Shown one piece after another: positions 18,601 through 26,609 of a stretch of DNA of 60,968 nucleotides (positions are counted from its first letter, which is position 1; the number at the start of each line of letters is the position of its first letter). Below the pieces are notes generated by a model. That model was not told where the DNA came from. It was given only the letters and a program-made list of their open reading frames with translations, and ran no database searches. Both the position numbers and the translations under genes were made by a program. This DNA comes from a virus (Duplodnaviria; Caudoviricetes): positions 1 to 60,968 of IMG/VR virus record IMGVR_UViG_3300010296_000008; one strand, written 5' to 3'.

Positions 18601-18928
18601 TATGTCTGCTCCTGTTTCTTCTACAACAGCGCCTGGTGCTGTTTCTTCTGCTGCTAATTACATTAGAAACCTGGCAGGAAAATCACAAGCTACTGCTAAT
18701 AGATTGAGATCTGCAGAGCAAGCAGTCACATCAGTGGGCACTAGTAATAAAGCAGCGGAAGCAATTACTACAGCTTTGGCACCATTAGCAGGGATTCAAC
18801 AACAGTTGTTGGATGCTGCGGGAGGTAGTGGATCAGCTTCTTCTCCTGGTGCATCTGGAACTGTTGTTATGTTCCCAACATCATCTCCTGTTAAAGATGG
18901 TGGTCATATTTTCAACTTTGATTTCTGA
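15659..18928 (+). CDS. Tape-measure-like protein with a C-terminal M23 peptidase
   Basis: Ala/Gly-rich helical repeats and glycine zipper; HQGVD, YAHM and STAPHLH M23 zinc motifs near 18170-18460. Confidence 0.8.
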   Translation: MALDTNRYKNNPLVGVKGADFVKLSSASVKQQMVTNALLSDLVNIQTKSLQLQKARLDFDKKALARQKYFSQESAIEKQWKPTRPPSGGPGGGGSKKKGGLDLASVLKNLKLNPKTILLGGAAVGGGLALASLLANGFEGAAEKLEQFADQVENVEKRVRATLPKIKEFFTPIKGFSTFDFGNAAMGYTYAKRFGTGPNATGGAVRGAIARGAKGAVKATGRGAYAVADTTGDLMRRGGRNMVQISGQRFRGAAQGMEDLATRMGPRAGSSTLPTNLNLGNIGRGLKNRFDLAMFDARLLARGGDPAKSIAGRIGSLRQGTANIAQSISGGFNNRILNPAKLFKEGLIGGGGSNARALRLSGAPFPNVAVGGQMDDLGGAFRLGRNIKDTAANIKSGQALRDLAFNIRKMNVKTVTGLNNTFKSLPNQLTNLAKSTKNLSNSTKAFAGSAKTAIANFDLGKAAIQTTKVAQRGAQGTLRAGGALVRATPTVIRGTGQVVRAGGGLIQGGANLAKGTVNAIKGSGGLLKGAGAFAKRIPVLGSLMSAGFGAFEADQEQIKEIMARNPGMTAAEARQSPEYDKSKTVGRSAGSGLGAGAGTVIGGILGSALGPIGTALGAAAGAWLGENVGKFLGEGFANTFKSFNFGETFAPVMTTFQRLGSSITSALDTLAGVFGVGGETADGEGFITVLKNVGRILGVITKLMMKALVPIFQIVGEGFKLAIDGLAGTVKVFTNVISGAVGFMNKLIDGVPGWLGGDSLRNWRDSAGGIFSGDVIGNLSNMVDGLDLSIPVEPPKGEGGGGVRSFVRPSQGAATGVGGGGTRGPQPVVTSQRGWRWGKMHQGVDIAFAGDKGGQRMYLPMGAKITDKRRAGYGDAGYGNSIYFTTDDGYTHLYAHMRGNSPLKVGQKYPKGTFVGLLGNTGRSTAPHLHWEVGKNEQDVGRGGPSLIDPLSKYSKYAPFSGSGSSIPASGTSTEPMHNDSMSAPVSSTTAPGAVSSAANYIRNLAGKSQATANRLRSAEQAVTSVGTSNKAAEAITTALAPLAGIQQQLLDAAGGSGSASSPGASGTVVMFPTSSPVKDGGHIFNFDF

Positions 18929-20268
18929 TGTCTAATAATAGCGAAGCACAACTAGGGTGGAAACTAATTGAGTGCTCTATAGAGATGAGCACAGGTGAGA
19001 GCAAGAATCTTACTAGCAGTTTGTTGCAGTTTACTTACTTCGAAGACCTGGAAAGAATTTGTCCTACTGCGACTGCTACTTTCAACGATCTTGGATCTGA
19101 AGACCTACCTTTAACAGGCGGAGAGAAGTTTAAGATTACTCTTATTACTGATCAGACTACGGATGAAGAAGTGCAGTATGAATTTGTAGTTGGTAGTGTT
19201 AAGACACCATTTATTTCTTTCAAAGGAAAGACTGCTACTCTTTCTCTGATAAAAGAAGACAGCAAATCATTCAGTAGTTTTAAAGCCATTGACACTTATA
19301 AAGGTCTTGGTTCTGAGATCTTAGTGAAGATGTTTGATGATGCTGGTATCGAGACTGCTCCTACAGTAAGAGGAGATAAACCATTCAATAAATTGTTGAT
19401 CCCAGGAGAAGGAATCTCTGTGGCAAAACTGGCACGTAGAGTGTGCACACAATCCATTCCTACTAGTGGACAGAAAGCAAACACGTGCGGGTATTTTCTT
19501 TGGGGTACCAAAGATGGATATCATTTTGCTTCTATTGACTACCTTCTTTCTACTGGTGATGATGCTTACGGTGGTACCAAACACCAGTGGGAATACTATC
19601 AGTCACCTGCTAAAGCTGGTAATGTTCCCCCGCACCTGATCGTTCAAAGTTATTATGTCGAAAGAGATGGTGACTTGAAAGAGATGGCAGACAAAGGAGT
19701 ATTTGCTGCTATACTATCTGTGACAAACACCGATAGTCAAGAACACAAGGAAGAGAAATGGAATTTAAAAGATCATTGGGACGAGTGGGGACACATCGGA
19801 ACTCAAAAAGAATTTCCTGAGTGGATGGTAAAATGGTTGGATGAATACCTGACTTCTAAGGAAGGAAAATCAGTGGTAACATTCAAGATTAATACTACCA
19901 ATGAGGCATTTTTTAATGAAGAAGAAGTAGCTTCTGAGTCTGTCGGCAGAGATGGTAGTGAAGTCAACACAGAGTATCCAGACTGGGGTCCGTACACCTA
20001 TTGCCAATATAATGCTCGACGTGCTACAATGGCAATGAATGTAAGCAACGTTGTTGTACCAGGCAATTCATTACTTCGTGCTGGAGACAAGATCAAACTT
20101 AACATTCAATCTTCCAAACCAGATAGTGCCAAAGATGCTGACGATGAAGACCTGAGGAGAGGAGGTGAATATTTGATCTTCCGCTTAGCACATAGATACT
20201 CTATGGAACCTCGTGAATGCTTCACCGCAACAACGTTGGTAAAAGATTCGATGAACAAAAACTGTTAA
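18928..20268 (+). CDS. Baseplate hub protein (gp27-like)
   Basis: YFED, GGEK, GYHF.SID, VPGN..LRAGD, YLI...H motifs; position between tape measure and gp5. Confidence 0.65.
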   Translation: MSNNSEAQLGWKLIECSIEMSTGESKNLTSSLLQFTYFEDLERICPTATATFNDLGSEDLPLTGGEKFKITLITDQTTDEEVQYEFVVGSVKTPFISFKGKTATLSLIKEDSKSFSSFKAIDTYKGLGSEILVKMFDDAGIETAPTVRGDKPFNKLLIPGEGISVAKLARRVCTQSIPTSGQKANTCGYFLWGTKDGYHFASIDYLLSTGDDAYGGTKHQWEYYQSPAKAGNVPPHLIVQSYYVERDGDLKEMADKGVFAAILSVTNTDSQEHKEEKWNLKDHWDEWGHIGTQKEFPEWMVKWLDEYLTSKEGKSVVTFKINTTNEAFFNEEEVASESVGRDGSEVNTEYPDWGPYTYCQYNARRATMAMNVSNVVVPGNSLLRAGDKIKLNIQSSKPDSAKDADDEDLRRGGEYLIFRLAHRYSMEPRECFTATTLVKDSMNKNC

Positions 20269-20270
20269 CA

Positions 20271-20486
20271 ATGGACAAAGAATTTCTCAAAAGATACCCG
20301 ACACATATGACTCAAGGTCTTTATCAAATCCTTGATAAACTTGAGACAGAAGAAAACATTGACATTCGTGCTAAACTTTTTGGGCAACTTGCACTTGGTT
20401 TAGAAGGATTGAAATCGAGACTTGAAAACTACGAGGACACAAGGACAGTAGTTGAAGCGATTGAACGTCAACCAATTTCCGAATAA
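20271..20486 (+). CDS. Hypothetical protein
   Basis: ATG at 20271, two nt after the upstream stop. Confidence 0.6.
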   Translation: MDKEFLKRYPTHMTQGLYQILDKLETEENIDIRAKLFGQLALGLEGLKSRLENYEDTRTVVEAIERQPISE

Positions 20487-20499
20487 ATACACCAGAATT

Positions 20500-20541
20500 T
20501 CGGAAAAAAAACTCCGCCAAAATTTTACCCCCTTAGGTTTT
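20500..20541 (+). repeat. Intergenic repeat, copy 1
   Basis: TCGGAAAAAAAACTCCGCCAAA plus TTAGGTTTT at offset +33, shared with 25165-25206. Confidence 0.85.
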
Positions 20542-20547
20542 TCACCA

Positions 20548-20760
20548 ATGGAAAATATCGAAGCACACATTGAGGCAGACAAGGAAGAGCTTGCTAATCC
20601 TCAACTCTCGCCTCAGCGTCGTCGCCACATCGAAGAAGAACTAGAAGAACTGCAAGCGTACGCAGAGCGCCATCCAGAAGACCATCACGATCCCACTCCT
20701 CTGGAGTTGTACTGTGACGCTAACCCATCTGCTTTAGAATGTAAAGTATACGAAGATTGA
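20548..20760 (+). CDS. cp12: CP12 Calvin-cycle inhibitor
   Basis: RRRHIEEELEEL and PTPLELYCDANPSALECKVYED C-terminal CP12 signature; ATAAATA at 20483-20489. Confidence 0.95.
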   Translation: MENIEAHIEADKEELANPQLSPQRRRHIEEELEELQAYAERHPEDHHDPTPLELYCDANPSALECKVYED

Positions 20761-20763
20761 TAT

Positions 20764-23700
20764 ATGTCCGAAGCTGTTTATAATACTGCCAATGTTTCGG
20801 ACCTTTTTGGTTATCAAAAAGGGTTTATCGAAGATATAAATGATCCCAAGGGGTCTGGACGTGTTCGCGTACGAATTATTAATAAAGAGTTTCGTACGGG
20901 AACTAACGGTGAGTACGTTCCTGTTCCAGAAACACAATACTTGCCTTGGGCTACGGTATTGATGCCAGTCAATGCGTCTGGAGGTGCGGCAACATCAGCT
21001 TCTAGTCATAATCTCAAGAGAGGAGATCTTGTTTGGGTATTCTTTATTGAAGGTGACTCAAAACAAAGAGTTGTTATTGGAACGCAGGGAGCTGTTGCAA
21101 ATGCTAGCAGCAAACCTCCAGAGACAGAATATGGACCGCTACAGAGATATATTTCTCAAGATCCAGATAGCGGTGATCAACCTAGTCCTACATCACACGT
21201 AACTAACGACCAGAAAGAAAAGAATAAGAACCTAGGTGCCAGAGTTCACGGTGCTGTAGGAGACGATAATTCTACTAGACAAACTGCAGCATTAACTCAA
21301 CCATTCAGTCCTGGAAACCCTGCAGGAAGTTTTGAGGTTACTGTTGCTGATGGTAAGTGCGCTACTAATCCTGCTACCAAAACAGAAATTATCTTAGCAG
21401 AACTTTTTGCTACCTTACAACATACCAATGGAAACATTGGATCGTATTATATTAGCAAGTATACTGGAGACCTTTTTGAACTGCAGTCTATTGCTAAAGG
21501 ATATATCACGAGAGTACAAGCTGTAATCTCTGCAGCAATCACCAGATCTTTTGGTGAGTTGATGGCACTCCTCAAGAAAGGTATTCAGGCACTGATTAAA
21601 GCATTGCTTGCTCCTCTTCCTGGGGTTTTGAAACCAGTGGTTGATTGGTTTACTCAGATGCTAGAGCGTCTGGGTTGTACTATGGAAGATATGATCGACA
21701 GGATTGCTAATTTTGTCGAGAGTACATTGATGGGTTATCTTGGTAACATTGTTAACTGGGCAGCTTGTCAGACAAAAAGATTCATTGATTCTATCTTCGG
21801 ACGTATTCTTTCGGAGATGACTGGTATCATTGACACTGTATTTGGTGGTCTATCATCTGTTCTTGGTGCCATTGGTGGTGCTGTTGACATTGTTGGTGGT
21901 GCTATCAGTGCCATTATGGACTTGCTTGGTATTTCCTGTAGTGGTAACGCTAAGTGCCAAGAGAAACCAACCAAGAAGAGTTCTAAGTCTGGAGCATTTG
22001 AAGGATTAAAGGCTGGATACAATGATCTGGATGAACTCCTTGGTGCGTTAGAGTCTGGAAATCATCTTCCTATTGATTCTTATTGTGCTGATGCTCTTAC
22101 AGAACCAGAACCAACAACAGAAGTAAATGTCTGGGGTCCTCAAGTCCCTGACAGTGGTAGTGGTACCGACACGGAAAGTAATAATAATACATTAGATCCT
22201 TTAGCTAATACTAGTGGTGTAGGTTCTGGTGTTGCTGGTCCCACTGGAGTTAATTATGATGATATTCTTAATTCTATTTGTAGTGCTAGAACAATCAAAG
22301 CTGTAGATATTCCTGAGACAGATGCTGTTACTGAAGGTAGCATTGCAACTGTTAAGATTCAAAGAACTGGTGATATTTCTACCACATCATCTGTGACATA
22401 TTACACAGTTGATGGAACTGCTAAAGCAAATGAAGACTACTGTCCTACCAGTGGATTTATGGGTTTTGGTGTAGGAGAAACTGAAAGATCTATTGATATT
22501 CAAACTATCAATGATGGTGTTGATGATGGAGCTAAGTATTTCTTTGTCAAGATCAAGCACGATGGTTGTGGAAAACTAAAGAAAGATGTTGCGAAAGTTT
22601 GGATCGGTACTGGCATCGGAACTCCTAGTATTACTGGCATTAATTTGGGTACCACACTCACCCCAGGAGCTTCTGCACCGATTGATGTAGATGTTCCTGT
22701 GTATATTTTGACTGCAGATAAATCTGTGGTATACGAAGGGCAAGAAGTAACATTTACTTTAAATACTTTTAATGTCGATGACGGAACACAAGTCAACTAC
22801 ACAATCGGAAGAGAGTCCACGGGAATTACCTTCAAAGACATTAATTATGTCGTGGAGAACGGTAGCCGTAGTTGGGTTACTATGGAGTCTGATATGGGCA
22901 GGAAGTTTGTTGTCAAAGATGGACAAGCTTCGGTCACTATCGCACTTCTAGATGATGGTGTTGTAGAGAATACAAATGAAGTTGCAGAGCAACTGTATGT
23001 TGAGCTCAATGGATTGAGTGTTGCTGCTGGTGTTGCTGTTCTTGATCCTCTTGCAGGTGGTGTGTTAGATGAGACTACCAAGTCTGTTTCTGTTGTGGCG
23101 GATAAAGTTGCGGTGGAAGAAGGTGAATCTGTTACATTTACTGTAACGACTACCAAGTTTAATGATGGTGACAAACTTGCATATACGATATTTGGTCCTA
23201 ACATCACGCAAGGTGATATCTTACAGAATCTAGAGGGTGAACTCTATATTGAGAATAACTCTGCAACATTTACTGTTGACGTTTTGGAAGATAATTTGTT
23301 AGAGGTTCAAGAAAATCTTGTGTTCTCTATCAATGAGTACGGTGCTAACGCAACGGTTATCATTCGTGCTAGCGCTGGTGATGTTGGAGACATTGCAGCT
23401 CCAGCAGATGATGACGACGACGATGGACTTCCTGTGTTGGATGTTCCTATCGTCGATGAAGATGGCGGAATTATTGACATCGATGTCATCAAATCTGGTC
23501 GTAGATTTCTGTCAATTCCTTTCATTTCGCTCGAAAGTAACACTGGATTCGGTGCCTATGTCGAACCTATTTTAAATAGTAATGGTTACTTGAGTAGAGT
23601 TCGAGTTATCAGACCTGGGCAAGGATATACTGGAAAGACAAAACCAAATAATGTGGTATGTCAGTTGGTTGGTATTACTCTAACTAACGTTGGAGGATTG

Positions 23701-23961
23701 TACACTTCTGCACCAAAAGTTTATATTGATGGGGATAGTAGTATCGCAAGAGCAACTATTTCGGAAGAAGGTTATGTCAATGGTATTAATATTGTCAAAG
23801 GTGGTATGAATTACGTTGAATTACCTCAAATAATTATTACTGGTGGCGGTGGATTTGGTGCTCAGGCAAAACCAGATCTACAATGTGTGCCTGAAGATCA
23901 GTCTGAGCTCATTCTCCAAGGTCTCGCAAGAGATCCTGCTAATTACGTGGATTGCCCCTGA
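20764..23961 (+). CDS. gp5: Baseplate hub gp5-like, N-terminal part (OB fold) with Calx-beta/Ig-like domains
   Basis: DPKGSGRVRVRI, LPWA, VWVFF N-terminus; V.Y.T.DGTA....DY Calx-beta motif; G.GY/GGGG.GA repeats. Confidence 0.8.
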   Translation: MSEAVYNTANVSDLFGYQKGFIEDINDPKGSGRVRVRIINKEFRTGTNGEYVPVPETQYLPWATVLMPVNASGGAATSASSHNLKRGDLVWVFFIEGDSKQRVVIGTQGAVANASSKPPETEYGPLQRYISQDPDSGDQPSPTSHVTNDQKEKNKNLGARVHGAVGDDNSTRQTAALTQPFSPGNPAGSFEVTVADGKCATNPATKTEIILAELFATLQHTNGNIGSYYISKYTGDLFELQSIAKGYITRVQAVISAAITRSFGELMALLKKGIQALIKALLAPLPGVLKPVVDWFTQMLERLGCTMEDMIDRIANFVESTLMGYLGNIVNWAACQTKRFIDSIFGRILSEMTGIIDTVFGGLSSVLGAIGGAVDIVGGAISAIMDLLGISCSGNAKCQEKPTKKSSKSGAFEGLKAGYNDLDELLGALESGNHLPIDSYCADALTEPEPTTEVNVWGPQVPDSGSGTDTESNNNTLDPLANTSGVGSGVAGPTGVNYDDILNSICSARTIKAVDIPETDAVTEGSIATVKIQRTGDISTTSSVTYYTVDGTAKANEDYCPTSGFMGFGVGETERSIDIQTINDGVDDGAKYFFVKIKHDGCGKLKKDVAKVWIGTGIGTPSITGINLGTTLTPGASAPIDVDVPVYILTADKSVVYEGQEVTFTLNTFNVDDGTQVNYTIGRESTGITFKDINYVVENGSRSWVTMESDMGRKFVVKDGQASVTIALLDDGVVENTNEVAEQLYVELNGLSVAAGVAVLDPLAGGVLDETTKSVSVVADKVAVEEGESVTFTVTTTKFNDGDKLAYTIFGPNITQGDILQNLEGELYIENNSATFTVDVLEDNLLEVQENLVFSINEYGANATVIIRASAGDVGDIAAPADDDDDDGLPVLDVPIVDEDGGIIDIDVIKSGRRFLSIPFISLESNTGFGAYVEPILNSNGYLSRVRVIRPGQGYTGKTKPNNVVCQLVGITLTNVGGLYTSAPKVYIDGDSSIARATISEEGYVNGINIVKGGMNYVELPQIIITGGGGFGAQAKPDLQCVPEDQSELILQGLARDPANYVDCP

Positions 23962-24872
23962 TGTCTAGTAAGAATAAAACTAACAAACCCGATACTCAGT
24001 CAACTATTAGTAGATCTGGTCACTTGTGGCAGGTCTGCGATAATCCAGACAAACCATATATGCTTATGATGCATAAGTCTGGGCATCACGTATGGTTGCG
24101 TGAAGATGGTTCTGTGCAGATTGTCGCAGTAAAATCACCTACTAGTAATCAAAACTCGGGCAAACTTGTCATTCATTGTATGGGTGATGCCTTAATTAAG
24201 GTTGATCAAGACTGTCACTTTGATGTTGGCGGTAAAATGACCTTCGAATGCGACTCTTCGATTGATTTCCACGCATATAAAGACATCAATATGAGGGCAG
24301 AGGGTAATTTCAACATTAACTGTGGAAAAAACTTTACCGTCGATGCAACTCAAGCTGCTACCATTTCTAGTAAGTCAAAAGTTACGCAATCTGCGCCTAA
24401 AGTATCGGTAAACACTGATATTCAGGAAAGTACTGTTACTGGTCCTCAGAATGATGCCATCTTTGGTGAGAGAACTATCTCTATGATTGATCCTAGAGGT
24501 ACTTTTACCTTACTCAGTCTTGGACATATGATTACGACGATTAAGGGAGACCACGAGAAGGTTGTTGGAGGCAGAGAATCGGAAAAAATTCTAGGTCTTC
24601 CTCCTGTCCCTCCTCTCCCTACAATCCCTCCTGGCGGTCCCACAAAACTCTCTATCATCGGTGCTTCTGGTGGTTTGGGTCGCGTTGAGAAGATTATGAC
24701 AGGTAACGATGTGACCACCGTGGTGGTTGGGAACAAGATCAGCAACGTGGTTGCTGGTAACAGCGTCTTGACAGCAGGCGCAGGAACCATTACAATGGCA
24801 GCAGGCGTGAACGCAACCATCACTGCCACAGCCAATGTGACAATTGCTGGAGCGTCCGTCTTCCTCAACTGA
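23961..24872 (+). CDS. gp5 C-terminal beta-helix spike-like protein
   Basis: SRSGH, H.SG, V.GN-type repeats, ending in VFLN; TGATG coupling to gp5. Confidence 0.7.
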   Translation: MSSKNKTNKPDTQSTISRSGHLWQVCDNPDKPYMLMMHKSGHHVWLREDGSVQIVAVKSPTSNQNSGKLVIHCMGDALIKVDQDCHFDVGGKMTFECDSSIDFHAYKDINMRAEGNFNINCGKNFTVDATQAATISSKSKVTQSAPKVSVNTDIQESTVTGPQNDAIFGERTISMIDPRGTFTLLSLGHMITTIKGDHEKVVGGRESEKILGLPPVPPLPTIPPGGPTKLSIIGASGGLGRVEKIMTGNDVTTVVVGNKISNVVAGNSVLTAGAGTITMAAGVNATITATANVTIAGASVFLN

Positions 24873-24916
24873 CCCCCTCCCTCCGTGCTATAATAACGGA
24901 GTACTGAAACAAACCT

Positions 24917-25135
24917 ATGTCTGACTCTGCTGTCGTCGATAAGATCATTGTTGACATCCAGACCCGCTCTATCCACCTTGTATCTGATGAAGGTGAGTTC
25001 AAGACCATTGACTGCTCTGACAACTATGAAGCTTTTCTGACGCTGATGGAACTTTGTAAGGATCAGGGCGAAGAGTATATGGTGTACTGCGATCCTACTG
25101 ACTATTTCGCAGCAGATTTGGTCGAACAAGACTGA
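24917..25135 (+). CDS. Hypothetical protein
   Basis: 72 aa acidic ORF downstream of TGCTATAAT. Confidence 0.7.
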   Translation: MSDSAVVDKIIVDIQTRSIHLVSDEGEFKTIDCSDNYEAFLTLMELCKDQGEEYMVYCDPTDYFAADLVEQD

Positions 25136-25164
25136 AGCAAATTCGACCTTTAGTTACCAAAAAG

Positions 25165-25206
25165 TCGGAAAAAAAACTCCGCCAAATTTTTGGTTCTTTA
25201 GGTTTT
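25165..25206 (+). repeat. Intergenic repeat, copy 2
   Basis: 22 nt identical to 20500-20521, with the TTAGGTTTT element at the same spacing. Confidence 0.85.
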
Positions 25207-25208
25207 CT

Positions 25209-25293
25209 GCGAGTATGGCGGAATCGGTAGACGCACCAGACTTAAAATCTGTTGGGCATTGTGCCCGTGGGAGTTCAAGTCTCCCTACTCGCA
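25209..25293 (+). tRNA. tRNA-Leu(TAA)
   Basis: Acceptor GCGAGTA/TACTCGC, CTTAAAA anticodon loop, GGGCA..TGCCC variable arm. Confidence 0.93.
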
Positions 25294-25294
25294 T

Positions 25295-25320
25295 AGGGTG
25301 GTAAAAACCGCCCTCTTATT
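25295..25320 (+). terminator. Hairpin, possible terminator, after tRNA-Leu
   Basis: AGGGTGGT-aaaa-ACCGCCCT with a weak T tail. Confidence 0.5.
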
Positions 25321-25353
25321 GTACAATAAATAAGACATCGTTATAACGTCGTT

Positions 25354-26187
25354 ATGGCACAACAAACAAACAAAAAAGACCAGTATGGTCTATTTTCTGT
25401 TTTTCCCAAGTTTGTCTATCGTGGTAGACTGCAAACTCACGAAAAGTGGAAATCTATCATTTCTCCTGTGATTCAGGATCGATGGGATAAACTTCCTTCC
25501 AACAGTAACGTTCCTGGCGGTCCCGCTTGTTGGGAATGTGATTGTTTTACAACCTTTTTTGACCCAAGTTTGATGGAGTTTGAGAAGGAGACTGAAATTG
25601 ATCTCCAAGCTCTTCTTCAAGATCTTTCTACAAATATTCAGGAAGCTGTCAAACTGGCGGAGTTCTATCCTCACGCTTTCTTGGTCTCGCAGCAATGGTT
25701 CAACGCTTATGGACCTGGACAGCACCAAGAGGCACACAACCACATCCCTTCTCACCTGTCTGGGGTGTACTACGTTCAGTTTGATCCCCGTGTCCATAAA
25801 GGTACTACTTTCCTAAACCACGAAAAGATGTATACCGAGGGACCTCGGTATAACAAGTACTTCTATGACCAAGATATGTGGGGTTATGGATGCTACAAGG
25901 AAGAGATGACTCTTGCTGTTGAAGAAGGAGACGTGATTCTCTTCCCGTCACAACTTGAGCATATGGTGCACAAGCAACCTGGAATCGAGAAGAATCCAGA
26001 TGGAACCATCCGAATCACGTTCTCGTTTAACGTTGATCTTGTCAGTGAATCAGAGGCAAAAGAGCGTCTGAATGATCAAATGGCAAAAACTCCTACTGCC
26101 CCTCAAGCTGAAGGCAACATTCCTTTAGATCAGAATATTGCTAATGCTCCTCAAGGCAATGAAGAGTGGTCCTCTGACTGGTTCTAA
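25354..26187 (+). CDS. 2OG-Fe(II) oxygenase (TIGR02466-like)
   Basis: WFN.Y...QEAHNH...LSGVYY, FPSQLEH, RITFSFN; ATAAATA at 25326. Confidence 0.88.
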   Translation: MAQQTNKKDQYGLFSVFPKFVYRGRLQTHEKWKSIISPVIQDRWDKLPSNSNVPGGPACWECDCFTTFFDPSLMEFEKETEIDLQALLQDLSTNIQEAVKLAEFYPHAFLVSQQWFNAYGPGQHQEAHNHIPSHLSGVYYVQFDPRVHKGTTFLNHEKMYTEGPRYNKYFYDQDMWGYGCYKEEMTLAVEEGDVILFPSQLEHMVHKQPGIEKNPDGTIRITFSFNVDLVSESEAKERLNDQMAKTPTAPQAEGNIPLDQNIANAPQGNEEWSSDWF

Positions 26188-26189
26188 TT

Positions 26190-26354
26190 ATGCCTAGGGG
26201 ACGTGTTTCAAAGATTGACTTAGAATCTCGTACTCTTAAGCTTAAGAATGCTCTCTATAACGGAGAGCATTCCGATAAGTCTGGGGAATGGCACGATGGT
26301 GCCCACGAGATGTTAAATCGTGTGCTGCAAATGCTCAATGAGTACTCTTTGTAA
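26190..26354 (+). CDS. Small hypothetical protein, 54 aa (not in ORF track)
   Basis: MPRGRVSKIDLESR...WHDGAHEMLNRVL...EYSL*; fills the gap. Confidence 0.7.
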   Translation: MPRGRVSKIDLESRTLKLKNALYNGEHSDKSGEWHDGAHEMLNRVLQMLNEYSL

Positions 26355-26589
26355 ATTTTGGCGTATATGGGCAAAAGCACTAGGAGAAAAGGCAGGGAAG
26401 AATGACAAAGAGGCAGATTACGTGGCTTTGCTACGCACTTTTATATTCTTCACTTATCTACTCACTAACATTGCCATTGTTGCGAACGCCATAAGGCACT
26501 GGAACGACCTTGACAGAACCGCTCCAGTGTCCTATAATAAGTACATCGACCAACAACCCAGAGACTCTGGTCGATTTTCCACCCTATAA
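26338..26589 (+). CDS. Hypothetical membrane protein
   Basis: WRIWAKALGEK...D.VA..RT, then a TM helix and IRHW. Confidence 0.75.
   Translation: MSTLCKFWRIWAKALGEKAGKNDKEADYVALLRTFIFFTYLLTNIAIVANAIRHWNDLDRTAPVSYNKYIDQQPRDSGRFSTL
26510..26538 (+). promoter_or_regulatory. Consensus sigma70 promoter
   Basis: TTGACA-17 nt-TATAAT inside the 3' end of the preceding ORF. Confidence 0.85.
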
Positions 26590-26609
26590 TCTAGAAAAAA
26601 CGAACGATT

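Noticed and set aside
20452-20547. N-terminal extension of CP12 in the ORF track
   Set aside because: The TTG-start extension spans the late promoter and the repeat; the CP12-like sequence begins at ATG 20548
23940-23965. Frameshifted or pseudogenised gp5
   Set aside because: A clean TGATG stop-start overlap with both ORFs intact suggests a natural split
25209-25293. Group I intron in tRNA-Leu(UAA)
   Set aside because: The anticodon loop is uninterrupted
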